This document shows, one piece after another, positions 37,127 to 45,985 of a stretch of DNA of 58,627 bases. Origin of the DNA: Pseudomonadota bacterium. GTDB lineage: Bacteria; CALINM01. The translations under genes and the position numbers were made by a program. The stretch spans positions 261 through 58,887 of the forward strand of contig JAOAGA010000002.1 in assembly GCA_026415985.1 (NCBI GenBank). Reading direction: 5' to 3'. Every line of letters starts with the position of its first letter. Positions within the stretch are counted from its first letter, which is position 1. Under the pieces are notes generated by a model. It was not told the origin of the DNA, searched no databases, and saw only the letters and a list, made by a program, of their open reading frames with translations.

Positions 37127-38617
37127 ATGAAAATAACAATTCCCCGATTATCACAAATAGTCTTCTTTATAATTTTTCTGGTTCTTTTTATTAATACCGA
37201 TTACAGAGGCAAAGACGAGATTAATATTGCTATTAATAGCTTCTTTCGGGCAGATCCGCTTGTTCTTGTAACTTATATTCTTTCAACCTTTTCTTTCATT
37301 ACCCTGCTAATTCCTGCTCTTCTCATGGTGATAGCAACATTTTTCCTGGGAAGATTTTTCTGCGGATGGATATGTCCCCTCGGTGCTTTCCTGGATTTTG
37401 TGTCACTTAAGATAAAAAAAAACAGTCAGTTAAAAATATTTAAAGGAAAATTTAAATATTACTTTCTTTTTACACTACTTTTTCTTTCATTGTTTAATAT
37501 CAATTATGGCGGTGTTTTTGATCCCATTGCCATCTTTATACGGTTTCTTACCTTTTTTGTATATCCCTTATTCGGATATGTTGTTAAATCAGGATGGGGT
37601 TGGCTATACGGTATATTCGGAAACAAGATTGAGTTTGCAGAGGGTTTTTACAAAATTATCAAATATAACATTCTGCCTTTTAGGGATACCTTTTACCCCC
37701 TTGCCTTTTTATCAAGCTTTCTTTTTATACTTATAGTTTTCTTGGAAAGATATGAAAAGAGATACTGGTGTAGGCATCTCTGTCCTTTAGGCACACTTCT
37801 TGGGATTTTCAGCAAATTTTCAATATTTAAGAGATTGCCAAAAAAATTATGTTCCGACTGTGGTGAATGTAAAAACATCTGTCCAACAGCTTTCGACAGA
37901 GAGATTTTAAACGAGGAAAATTGTATTATCTGTCTTGATTGTCAGGTTAAATGTAAGTTTGGTAGGGTGAAGTTTAGTCCTTTTAAGTTTAACATTAAAT
38001 CTGCAAATCCTGATTTAAATAAGAGGTTTTTTATAAACTCTTTTATCTTTGGGTTTGTATTATCAAATATCTTTAAAAACGGAAATTACAATAACAAATT
38101 GCTTCGCCCCCCCGGCGTAGCCGATGAAAAAGAGTTTCTGAAAAAATGTGTCCGGTGTGGTGAGTGCATGAAAATTTGCCTTAAAAATGCCCTATATCCT
38201 TCCTATTTAGAGGGGGGTGTATATAGCTTATACACACCCATTTTAATACCAAGAAAAGGTTATTGTGAGTATAATTGTAGTCTCTGCGGTCAGGTTTGTC
38301 CTACAAAGGCTATACCTAAGCTACCTATTGAAGAAAAGAAAAAGCAGGTTATAGGAATTGCCCATTTTGACAAAAACCATTGTCTTCCCTATGCAAAGAA
38401 AACAAACTGTCTTGTTTGTGAAGAACATTGCCCGATTCCCGGTAAGGCAATAAAGATTAAAAAGAGAAGAGAAATAGGTTATAATGACAAAGCTTTTGAA
38501 CTATTGGAACCCTATGTTGATGAGAAGCTATGCAACGGTTGTGGTATCTGTGAGTATGTATGCCCCTTGACAGGAAAGTCAGGAATAGAAGTTTTCCGTG
38601 AGAAACACAGCTTTTAG
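37127..38617 (+). CDS. Membrane-anchored polyferredoxin (NapH/NosR/YccM-like)
   Basis: TM helices with CGWICPLG (37361-37384) and CRHLCPLG (37769-37792). Several 4Fe-4S motifs follow (CSDCGECKNICP, CIICLDCQVKC, CVRCGECMKIC, CSLCGQVCP, CLVCEEHCP, CNGCGICEYVCP). Confidence 0.7.
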   Translation: MKITIPRLSQIVFFIIFLVLFINTDYRGKDEINIAINSFFRADPLVLVTYILSTFSFITLLIPALLMVIATFFLGRFFCGWICPLGAFLDFVSLKIKKNSQLKIFKGKFKYYFLFTLLFLSLFNINYGGVFDPIAIFIRFLTFFVYPLFGYVVKSGWGWLYGIFGNKIEFAEGFYKIIKYNILPFRDTFYPLAFLSSFLFILIVFLERYEKRYWCRHLCPLGTLLGIFSKFSIFKRLPKKLCSDCGECKNICPTAFDREILNEENCIICLDCQVKCKFGRVKFSPFKFNIKSANPDLNKRFFINSFIFGFVLSNIFKNGNYNNKLLRPPGVADEKEFLKKCVRCGECMKICLKNALYPSYLEGGVYSLYTPILIPRKGYCEYNCSLCGQVCPTKAIPKLPIEEKKKQVIGIAHFDKNHCLPYAKKTNCLVCEEHCPIPGKAIKIKKRREIGYNDKAFELLEPYVDEKLCNGCGICEYVCPLTGKSGIEVFREKHSF

Positions 38618-38632
38618 TGGGAGGTGGAAATT

Positions 38633-39142
38633 ATGGCAGTTCTTGAGATATTAAAGGTTCCCGATAAAAGATTAAGAGAAAAGGCAAATGAAATAACAGT
38701 TATAGATGACAATATAAAAAGGCTTGCCTATGATATGATTGAGACAATGTATGCTGGAAGTGGCGTTGGTCTCGCAGGAACTCAGGTGGGTGTTCCTCTG
38801 AGAATTATTGTTATTGATGTGGACCAAATTGATGGTGAGCCTAATCCTATGGTTTTTATCAATCCTGAAATTCTTGAAGGAAGAGATAAAGTTGTTAAAG
38901 AAGAAGGTTGTCTCAGTGTTCCAGGATTTACCGCTAAAATAGAGAGGTTTGGATATGTGAAGGTAAGATATAAAAACTTAGATAATGAAACACAGGAAAT
39001 GTCGGCTGAAGGACTTCTTGCAAGGGCCTTTCAGCATGAGATTGATCACTTGAATGGTATCCTTTTTATAGATTATTTAAGCAAACTAAAAAGGGAGTTA
39101 TTCTTGAAAAAACTAAAAAAATCTCTGGAAAGAAGTTTATGA
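38633..39142 (+). CDS. def: Peptide deformylase
   Basis: Motifs GVGLAGTQVG, EGCLS and HEIDHLNG. Start set at the ATG at 38633, behind RBS GGGAGGTG. Confidence 0.9.
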   Translation: MAVLEILKVPDKRLREKANEITVIDDNIKRLAYDMIETMYAGSGVGLAGTQVGVPLRIIVIDVDQIDGEPNPMVFINPEILEGRDKVVKEEGCLSVPGFTAKIERFGYVKVRYKNLDNETQEMSAEGLLARAFQHEIDHLNGILFIDYLSKLKRELFLKKLKKSLERSL

Positions 39143-40071
39143 GTTTAAATATTGGTTTTTTTGGTTCTGCTGATTTTGTTGTTTCTTTTCTCGAAGCTAT
39201 TTATAACTCCAATCATAGGATAAATTTTATAGTAACCTCTCCGGACAAGCCGAAGGGTAGGGGAATGAAGCTAACACCACCCGAACCGAAAGTTTTTGCA
39301 GAAGAAAAAAAAATACCGGTATTTCAGCCGGAAAAGATCAAAGATGATAAAGTTGTCAGTATACTGAATAACTTCAACTGTGACATCTATCTTGTAATAG
39401 CCTACGGGAAGATATTGCCAAAAGAACTTTTATTTTATCCCAAGTCTGGCTCAATAAACCTACATTTTTCATTGCTTCCAAGATGGAGAGGGGCAGGACC
39501 TGTTAACTGGGCTATAATAAGCGGAGACAAGGTTACCGGTTTGACAATTATTGAAATGGATGAAGGACTTGACACCGGTGATATCCTTTTTCAGGAAGAG
39601 ATTATCATAGAAGAAGATGACAACACGATTACAATGTTTGAAAAGATGATAAATAAAGGCAAAGTTTTTTTGATAAACTCGCTAAATAAGATTGAAAAAG
39701 GTGATTTTATAGCAAAAAGGCAAGATAATAGTATGGCAACATATGCAAGAATGCTAAAAAAGGAAGATGGCCTTATAGACTGGAATGAATCTGCTGTTCA
39801 GATAAACAATAAAATAAGAGGACTTCAGCCCTGGCCATGTGCATATTCTTTCCTGGACGAAAAAAGGGTTCTTTTGTTAAAGGCGAAGGTTATGGAAGGT
39901 AAAGAAAGTCCCGGCTTAATTAAAGATTTTAAGGAAGAAGGGATTATAGCTGGCACCGGCGACGGGTTATTAAAGATCCTTGAGATAAAAGAAGAAGGGA
40001 AAAAGGTTTTGTCCGCAAAAGATTTTTATAATGGCAGAAAAGACATCATAGGTAAATTTTTCAAGAAATAA
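39139..40071 (+). CDS. fmt: Methionyl-tRNA formyltransferase
   Basis: N-terminal FFGS.DF, the HFSLLPRWRGAGP motif, and a C-terminal OB-like domain. Conserved def-fmt pair with ATGA overlap. Confidence 0.9.
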   Translation: MSLNIGFFGSADFVVSFLEAIYNSNHRINFIVTSPDKPKGRGMKLTPPEPKVFAEEKKIPVFQPEKIKDDKVVSILNNFNCDIYLVIAYGKILPKELLFYPKSGSINLHFSLLPRWRGAGPVNWAIISGDKVTGLTIIEMDEGLDTGDILFQEEIIIEEDDNTITMFEKMINKGKVFLINSLNKIEKGDFIAKRQDNSMATYARMLKKEDGLIDWNESAVQINNKIRGLQPWPCAYSFLDEKRVLLLKAKVMEGKESPGLIKDFKEEGIIAGTGDGLLKILEIKEEGKKVLSAKDFYNGRKDIIGKFFKK

Positions 40072-40072
40072 A

Positions 40073-40606
40073 ATGTTAAAAAAACTCTCTCTTTTGGTTA
40101 TTTACCCTATATCAAAATTTTTTTGTAGGATATTTGCAAAAAATAAGTTAGAAAATTTAGAAAGATTTTTTATAGATATAAACAACTGGTTGGTTATCAG
40201 AACAATCAGAAAAAAACCGGAAAAACTTTTACTTCTTATGCCTCACTGTCTTCAGTTTTCAGACTGTGAGTATAGGGTTACCGGAAAAGAGATAAAATGT
40301 AAGATGTGCGGAAAATGTGAGATAAAAGATCTAATGGATATATCAAAAAAGTATGATGTTAGACTCTCTGTTGCCACCGGTGGGACTATGGCAAGAAATA
40401 TAATAAAAGAGATTAAACCAGATCTTATTATTGCTACCGCCTGTGAGAGAGATCTTATTTCTGGTCTGAAAGACACTGTTTCTCTGCCGGTTATAGGAAT
40501 ATTAAATGAAAGACCGAACGGGCCCTGTATAGATACAAGGGTGGATCTGTGTAAAATTACAACTTTAATAGATTTTCTTAAGGGGTTAAGTTATGAAAAA
40601 AAATAG
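40073..40606 (+). CDS. DUF116-family Cys-rich protein
   Basis: LLLMPHCLQ..C....C..CGKC...ATGGT...ATACERDL pattern, as I recall it for DUF116. 177 aa. Confidence 0.55.
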   Translation: MLKKLSLLVIYPISKFFCRIFAKNKLENLERFFIDINNWLVIRTIRKKPEKLLLLMPHCLQFSDCEYRVTGKEIKCKMCGKCEIKDLMDISKKYDVRLSVATGGTMARNIIKEIKPDLIIATACERDLISGLKDTVSLPVIGILNERPNGPCIDTRVDLCKITTLIDFLKGLSYEKK

Positions 40607-41258
40607 TGTATTGATTGCTCCCTCAATGCTTTCGGCAGATTTCGCAAATTTAAAAGAAGAGATTGAAAAAATTGAGAAGGCTGGTGCTGATCTACTCCAT
40701 CTTGATATAATGGATGGTCATTTTGTTCCTAACTTAACTTTTGGCCCCTATGGTGTCTCCTGTATAAAAAAATATGCCACAAAGCCATTGGATGTTCATT
40801 TAATGCTTACGAATCCTGAAGATTTTATAAAACCCTTTGCAGATGCGGGAGCGAACATGATATCTGTTCATATAGAAGCGGTTCTGCATATCCAAAGAAC
40901 AATCGAGGAGATAAAAAACTTAGGTATAAAGGCAGGAGTGGCTCTCAATCCTGCCACATCTCTTGATACCTTAAAATACATAATCTCATACATTGATTTT
41001 ATTCTTATAATGTCTGTCAATCCCGGTTTTGGTGGACAGAAATTTTTAAAGCCTGTTTTAAAAAAGATAGAAGAGTGTAAAAAAATATGTCAAAAAGAAA
41101 ATCCTGAATGTCTTATTGAAGTAGATGGTGGTATTGATTTAAGTAACGTGAAAGAGATTAGAAAGGCAGGAACTGATATTGTTGTTTCCGGAAATACAAT
41201 TTTCAGAGAAAAAGATTATGGCAAAGTTATTAAAAAGATGAGAGATCTATGCAGGTAA
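40593..41258 (+). CDS. rpe: Ribulose-phosphate 3-epimerase
   Basis: APSMLSADF, LHLDIMDGHFVPNLTFG, MSVNPGFGGQKF and VDGGI motifs. Confidence 0.9.
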   Translation: MKKNSVLIAPSMLSADFANLKEEIEKIEKAGADLLHLDIMDGHFVPNLTFGPYGVSCIKKYATKPLDVHLMLTNPEDFIKPFADAGANMISVHIEAVLHIQRTIEEIKNLGIKAGVALNPATSLDTLKYIISYIDFILIMSVNPGFGGQKFLKPVLKKIEECKKICQKENPECLIEVDGGIDLSNVKEIRKAGTDIVVSGNTIFREKDYGKVIKKMRDLCR

Positions 41259-41902
41259 TGTTTTTAGATGAACTATTTAAATTAATCCTTTCTGCAACCT
41301 TAGGTGGATTAATTGGTTTGGAAAGACAGATACAGGGGCAGAAAGCGGGCTTCAGAACACAGTTGATACTATGTTTAGGCTCGGCCCTATATACAATCAC
41401 CTCTATAAAATTTTATGAATATTACGGAAAGGTTACCGATCCTTCAAGGATTTCCGCTCAGATAGTAGTAGGAATCGGTTTTTTAGGTGCAGGAGCGATT
41501 ATTAAATACAGAAACTATGTAAGAGGTCTTACAACAGCAGCAACTATCTGGGTGGTAAGTGCTATTGGAGTTGCTGTGGGACTTGGAGAGTATTTTATCG
41601 CTACAATTACAACCTTTATAGCCCTTTTTAACCTTATGTTGCTTAAAAAAATTGAATCTCTTCTCCCATCGGATCTTTATTCAAACATTATTATTACTAC
41701 ATACATAGACAGAGAGATTAATATCAAGGAAATTCTAAAATCAAGCAGACTTAGCCTGATTGAGTATAGAGAAAATTATCTCATAGATGAAAAAAAATCA
41801 GAGTATATAATGACGGTAAAATACAAAAACAGAAAAGAGCTTCTCGACTTCATAAATTGCTTGAAAACAAATAACAGCGTATTAAGGGTATATATAGATT
41901 AA
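41249..41902 (+). CDS. MgtC/SapB-family membrane protein with C-terminal ACT-like domain
   Basis: LGGLIGLERQIQGQKAGFRT motif, 4-5 TM helices, and a soluble C-terminal domain of about 80 aa. Confidence 0.75.
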   Translation: MQVMFLDELFKLILSATLGGLIGLERQIQGQKAGFRTQLILCLGSALYTITSIKFYEYYGKVTDPSRISAQIVVGIGFLGAGAIIKYRNYVRGLTTAATIWVVSAIGVAVGLGEYFIATITTFIALFNLMLLKKIESLLPSDLYSNIIITTYIDREINIKEILKSSRLSLIEYRENYLIDEKKSEYIMTVKYKNRKELLDFINCLKTNNSVLRVYID

Positions 41903-41981
41903 AGGATCATAAAGCCGACTAATTACATAGTTAAAATTTATAAACGTAATACCGGATAGACTATCCGGGTAAACCACTGCC

Positions 41982-42545
41982 TCAGGTACCTTCTTTGCAG
42001 GAAGAATTATCCTTCAGATTTTCCACATTTTCACCGAAAGGTAAATTAGCCACCGCATCTTTACCTGAAAGAATTAGATCAGCTGCTATTCCCGCTGCAT
42101 CAGTTATTATTTCTCTGCAGTGCAGGGCATGTTCTCTGCAAAGCCAGTTTTCTTGCCAGTTTATTGTGATCTTTCTACATAATGTTTCACCATATTTTTG
42201 CTTTAATCTATTTGGTATCTGATTAAATATCCTGTAAAGCCCGGGCTTACCATATAGTTCAGCAGCAGATAGTTTCATCGCCTCTTTCCCCTCACCTTCA
42301 GGTAGCTTTGACCTGCCATATACCGCACTTACGGAGAGAACCGCGCCTGTTAAAGCACCACAGGTGTCTCCAAAAAGTCCAACTCCTCCTCCAAAGCCTG
42401 TTGCAACTTTTAAAACTTCTTTTGGAAGTCCTGTATCAATGTAGTGAAGGACAGATTCAAAAACGCATTCTGAACAGTTATAACCTAAGGAAAAATTCTT
42501 CCTTGCCCGCTGTTTAATTGCTTCTACAAGTTTTTGTTTTTCCAT
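41982..42545 (-). CDS. C_GCAxxG_C_C-family redox-active protein
   Basis: GYNCSECVF and GDTCGALTGA motifs. Start moved to the internal ATG at 42545 (MEKQKLVEAI), which is preceded by GGGGAGAG on the minus strand. The ORF track extends to 42647. Confidence 0.7.
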   Translation of the reverse strand: MEKQKLVEAIKQRARKNFSLGYNCSECVFESVLHYIDTGLPKEVLKVATGFGGGVGLFGDTCGALTGAVLSVSAVYGRSKLPEGEGKEAMKLSAAELYGKPGLYRIFNQIPNRLKQKYGETLCRKITINWQENWLCREHALHCREIITDAAGIAADLILSGKDAVANLPFGENVENLKDNSSCKEGT

Positions 42546-42716
42546 ATTTTCTCTCCCCTTTTTAAAATCATTATAACACAATGTTTTAAAATAAAAAAAT
42601 TTTATGTTCTTTATTGTTGACTGAAAAATACTTTTTATTCTTATCATAATAACTGAGTTGACAAAAATAGTGAAAACAGTTTAATTTAATCGTAAAGAAT
42701 ATTTTAGGGGGATGTT

Positions 42717-43112
42717 ATGGAGAAAATAGCAATTAAAACTACAAAAAGGATGGAAATTGTTGACTTAACCAGTTCTGTAGTTTCAATTGTCCACAAAAGC
42801 GGCGTTAAGGATGGTATATGTGTAGTTTATTGTCCTCATACAACATCTGCAATTGCTGTTAATGAGAATGCAGACCCTACGGTTAAACAGGATATAATCA
42901 ATAAACTTGCTGAGATTGTGCCACAGAATGCCAACTACAGACATCTTGAGAAAAACTCTGATGCCCATATAAAAAATGTCTTAATAGGTCCTTCTATTAC
43001 CTTTATAGTTGAAAACGGAAAATTAGAATTAGGTACATGGCAGGGTGTTTTTTTTGTGGAGGGGGATGGTCCCAGAACAAGGGAAGTTTGGGTTAAAGTT
43101 ATGGCGGGATAA
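42717..43112 (+). CDS. YjbQ/UPF0047-family protein (secondary thiamine-phosphate synthase-like)
   Basis: 131 aa with HTTSAIAVNENADP and NSDAHIK motifs. RBS GGGGGA. Confidence 0.8.
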   Translation: MEKIAIKTTKRMEIVDLTSSVVSIVHKSGVKDGICVVYCPHTTSAIAVNENADPTVKQDIINKLAEIVPQNANYRHLEKNSDAHIKNVLIGPSITFIVENGKLELGTWQGVFFVEGDGPRTREVWVKVMAG

Positions 43113-43168
43113 TAAGAAAAGTTAATTTTTAATAGAAATTTACTGAAAATCTAACAAAAGGAGATGAA

Positions 43169-43612
43169 ATGAGTCTTAAAAAATCTATTGAAGATGCCAT
43201 GAAATCGGCACTTAAAGCAAAAGATGATCTTAAATTACAAACATTAAGGTTTTTGTTAGCCCAAATAAAAAACAAAGAGATAGATCTGAGAAGAGAGCTC
43301 AAGGATGACGAGATTTTCAAGGTAATACAGACACTTGTTAAACAAAGAAAAGAGGGAATAGAAATATTTGAGAAGGCAGGTAGAACAGAACTTTTGGAAA
43401 AAGAAAGAAAGGAGCTCGAGATATTAGAGTCCTATCTTCCTAAAATGCTTACTGATCAGGAAATAGAAAAAATTACCGAGGATATAATCAAAGAGCTTGG
43501 CGCAACCGGACAAAAAGACTTTGGGAGGGTTATGAAGGCAGTAATGTCAAAGGTTGCAGGAATGGCAGATGGTGGCAAGGTTAATGAGATAGTCAAGAAA
43601 AAGCTTGGTTAA
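43169..43612 (+). CDS. GatB/YqeY-domain protein
   Basis: 147 aa. MKSALKAKD...LRFLLAQIKNKEID...YLP pattern typical of YqeY. RBS AAGGAG. Confidence 0.8.
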   Translation: MSLKKSIEDAMKSALKAKDDLKLQTLRFLLAQIKNKEIDLRRELKDDEIFKVIQTLVKQRKEGIEIFEKAGRTELLEKERKELEILESYLPKMLTDQEIEKITEDIIKELGATGQKDFGRVMKAVMSKVAGMADGGKVNEIVKKKLG

Positions 43613-43620
43613 TTTTAATA

Positions 43621-45933
43621 ATGCCCCTTTTTGGTTTTGATAGAAGGGATTTAGATAAAGTTCTCTCAGATGTGGCGTTTTTTGCGGAAACTGCTTATGG
43701 TAAAGAGACAGTTTTAAAACTTCCTGTGCTCCAATCTCTTAATGATATTTTAAGAGAACAGGAAAGGCTTAAAAAGGTACAGGAGTTATTGGTAAAAAAT
43801 GCCTATCAGATACCCTATATTGACGATATTAGAGGTTATTTAGACAGAACAGAAAAGATAGATTTCTTAACAGAAGAGGAAGCAGGGTTTATTTATATAA
43901 ATTTGTCCGCTCTGGTATCTTTTTTTGAAAGATATGAAAATCTTAAGTTAGGTTCAGTTTTGGATTATGACTATCCTTATAAGACAAAACTTAAAGATGC
44001 TCAAAAAGATTTATCCGGTTATCTCACAGAAAGAGGAAAAATAAATATCAACTGCTCTGAGGAGTTAAAGAAAATCTTTATAGAAAAGGATTTTTTCAGG
44101 GAGAGTATTGTATCAAAGTTAGAGAAGTTAATGAATTTTAAAACCAAGATATTTCAAGATAAATATTATACGATAAGAGATGGTAGATATGTTTTGCCCG
44201 TAAAGGCTAATTTTAAAAAGGATATCAAAGGGACAATCAGGGATACATCTCAGTCGGGGGATACTTTTTTTATAGAACCGGAAATTATTTCAGATCTCAA
44301 TGATAAATTAGTTTTTGCTGAAAAAAGAGAAGAGATAGAAAAAAGAAAAATCTTGTTAAAAGTTACGGATATTATTAAAAAAAATCTTAGGGAGATAAGA
44401 GAAGGTTTATATTTTTTCGGTTATGTCGACAGTCTCATTGCAAGGGTTAAATATTTGTTAAGATATGATTTGTATCTTCCTGAGATTTGCGAAAACAGTG
44501 ATATTTCTCTTTACAATGCCTATCATCCTCTTTTTATCAGTAAAAGTGATGTAGTAAAAAATGATTTTGTATTACCAAAAGATAAAAAAATTTTTCTCAT
44601 TACCGGTCCGAATGGCGGTGGTAAGACAGTATCGATAAAAACGATTATGATGATAACATTGCTTACCCATATGGCTGTTCCTGTTTCTGCATCTGAAAAG
44701 TCAAGGGTCTCCTTTTATAAAAGATTTTGTTTTGATATGGAAGATAAACAAAGTATTGAGGCCGGCGTTAGCAGTTTTACATCGAAAATGCTTTTATGGA
44801 AGGATATAATTGACAACCTGTCTGAAGATACCATAGTTTTCATAGATGAGTTGGGCAACTTTACCAATCCGGAAGAAGGATCCGCTATCTCAATAGCTTT
44901 ACTGGATTATCTGGTAAAAAAGGGCGGTAAGGTTATAGCGGGAACTCATATAGACGAGATAAAGGAGTACGTCTTTTCGAGAGAGGATGGAATTGTTTCT
45001 TCTATGCTTTGGGATAACAGGGAACACAGACCTACTTACAAAATATCCTATGGATTTTATTCAGGGAGCTTTGCCATAGAAGTATTAAAAAAGTTAGGAT
45101 TTCAAAGAGATTTTATAGAAAGTTGTGAAAAAAACTTAGCCAATGATTATATTTATATAGAGGAACTTAAAAAGAAAAGAGAGAAAGAGTATTTAGACTC
45201 TTTAGAGCTAAAAGAAGCTTTGGAAAGTAAAAAAAAGGAGTTGGAGAAAATTGAGGCTGAAAGATTATCTTTATTAAAAAGGATCGAAGACGAGAAATAT
45301 AATCTTTTAAAAAAATCTGTTAAAGAGATTGAGTTATTGAAGAATAGAATTGAAGAAGAGATAAAAGCACTTCCAAAGGATAGAAAGCTGGCAAGAGAGT
45401 TTTATAAAGCCTTTTCAAAAGAAGGTGATGAACTTTTAAAAAAATTAAGCGAAGTAAATATTATAGATTTTGAGGATGAAACTTTAAAGGTTGGTGATGA
45501 GGTTCTTTTGGTTAATTTAAATGAAAAAGGCAAAATTATTGATATTGATGGGGATAATTATAATATTTTAACGGGCAAACTAAAGATATGGGTTAATAAG
45601 TCTGAGATAAGAAAGATTGATAAAGTTGAAAAAAAATCTGAACAAAACAAGATAAACTTATCTTACTCTCTTCCAAAGACAGATATTATACCGGAAATAG
45701 ATGTAAGAGGGAAAAGGGTTGATGAAGCACTGGGCCTTATAGACAAATTTTTAGACAGGGCAATTCTTTCCGGTCTTGATAGGATAAAGATAATTCATGG
45801 TGCAGGATTGGGAAAGTTAAGAGAGAGTATTCATCTTTTTTTAAAAGAATCTTCAGTAGTATCAAGCTACAAGTTAGGAGATGCCAAAGAAAAGGGCGGA
45901 AGTTACTATACTGTTGTAGAACTTAAGAAATAG
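43621..45933 (+). CDS. mutS2: Endonuclease MutS2 (MutS-family ATPase with C-terminal Smr domain)
   Basis: Walker A GPNGGGKT, Walker B FIDELG, a coiled-coil linker, and a C-terminal Smr domain (IDVRGKRVDEAL...IIHGAGLGKLRE). Confidence 0.85.
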   Translation: MPLFGFDRRDLDKVLSDVAFFAETAYGKETVLKLPVLQSLNDILREQERLKKVQELLVKNAYQIPYIDDIRGYLDRTEKIDFLTEEEAGFIYINLSALVSFFERYENLKLGSVLDYDYPYKTKLKDAQKDLSGYLTERGKININCSEELKKIFIEKDFFRESIVSKLEKLMNFKTKIFQDKYYTIRDGRYVLPVKANFKKDIKGTIRDTSQSGDTFFIEPEIISDLNDKLVFAEKREEIEKRKILLKVTDIIKKNLREIREGLYFFGYVDSLIARVKYLLRYDLYLPEICENSDISLYNAYHPLFISKSDVVKNDFVLPKDKKIFLITGPNGGGKTVSIKTIMMITLLTHMAVPVSASEKSRVSFYKRFCFDMEDKQSIEAGVSSFTSKMLLWKDIIDNLSEDTIVFIDELGNFTNPEEGSAISIALLDYLVKKGGKVIAGTHIDEIKEYVFSREDGIVSSMLWDNREHRPTYKISYGFYSGSFAIEVLKKLGFQRDFIESCEKNLANDYIYIEELKKKREKEYLDSLELKEALESKKKELEKIEAERLSLLKRIEDEKYNLLKKSVKEIELLKNRIEEEIKALPKDRKLAREFYKAFSKEGDELLKKLSEVNIIDFEDETLKVGDEVLLVNLNEKGKIIDIDGDNYNILTGKLKIWVNKSEIRKIDKVEKKSEQNKINLSYSLPKTDIIPEIDVRGKRVDEALGLIDKFLDRAILSGLDRIKIIHGAGLGKLRESIHLFLKESSVVSSYKLGDAKEKGGSYYTVVELKK

Positions 45934-45985
45934 ATAGTTCCGTTAAGATTTAGTTTCCTTCATAAAGATTTTGGAGAGTTAATGA

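Noticed and set aside
26375-38617. Possible nitrous-oxide reductase (nos) accessory cluster, because of NosD-like beta-helices and a NosR/NapH-like polyferredoxin
   Set aside because: There is no NosZ: no cupredoxin CuA motif, and the propeller at 26375-28162 has almost no His residues. There is no NosF/NosY ABC pair and no NosL. The similarity is at fold and motif level only, so I kept it as an analogy.
41952-41968. Hairpin CCGGATA-GAC-TATCCGG between the convergent mgtC-like and C_GCAxxG genes as a bidirectional terminator
   Set aside because: The stem is only 7 bp with a 3-nt loop and has no flanking T or A runs, so it is too weak to call a terminator with confidence.
41995-42517. Two + strand ORFs (41995-42222 and 42308-42517) opposite the C_GCAxxG_C_C gene
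   Set aside because: The minus-strand frame carries the diagnostic GYNCSECV and GDTCGALTG motifs and a good RBS. The + strand ORFs are low-complexity antisense artefacts.
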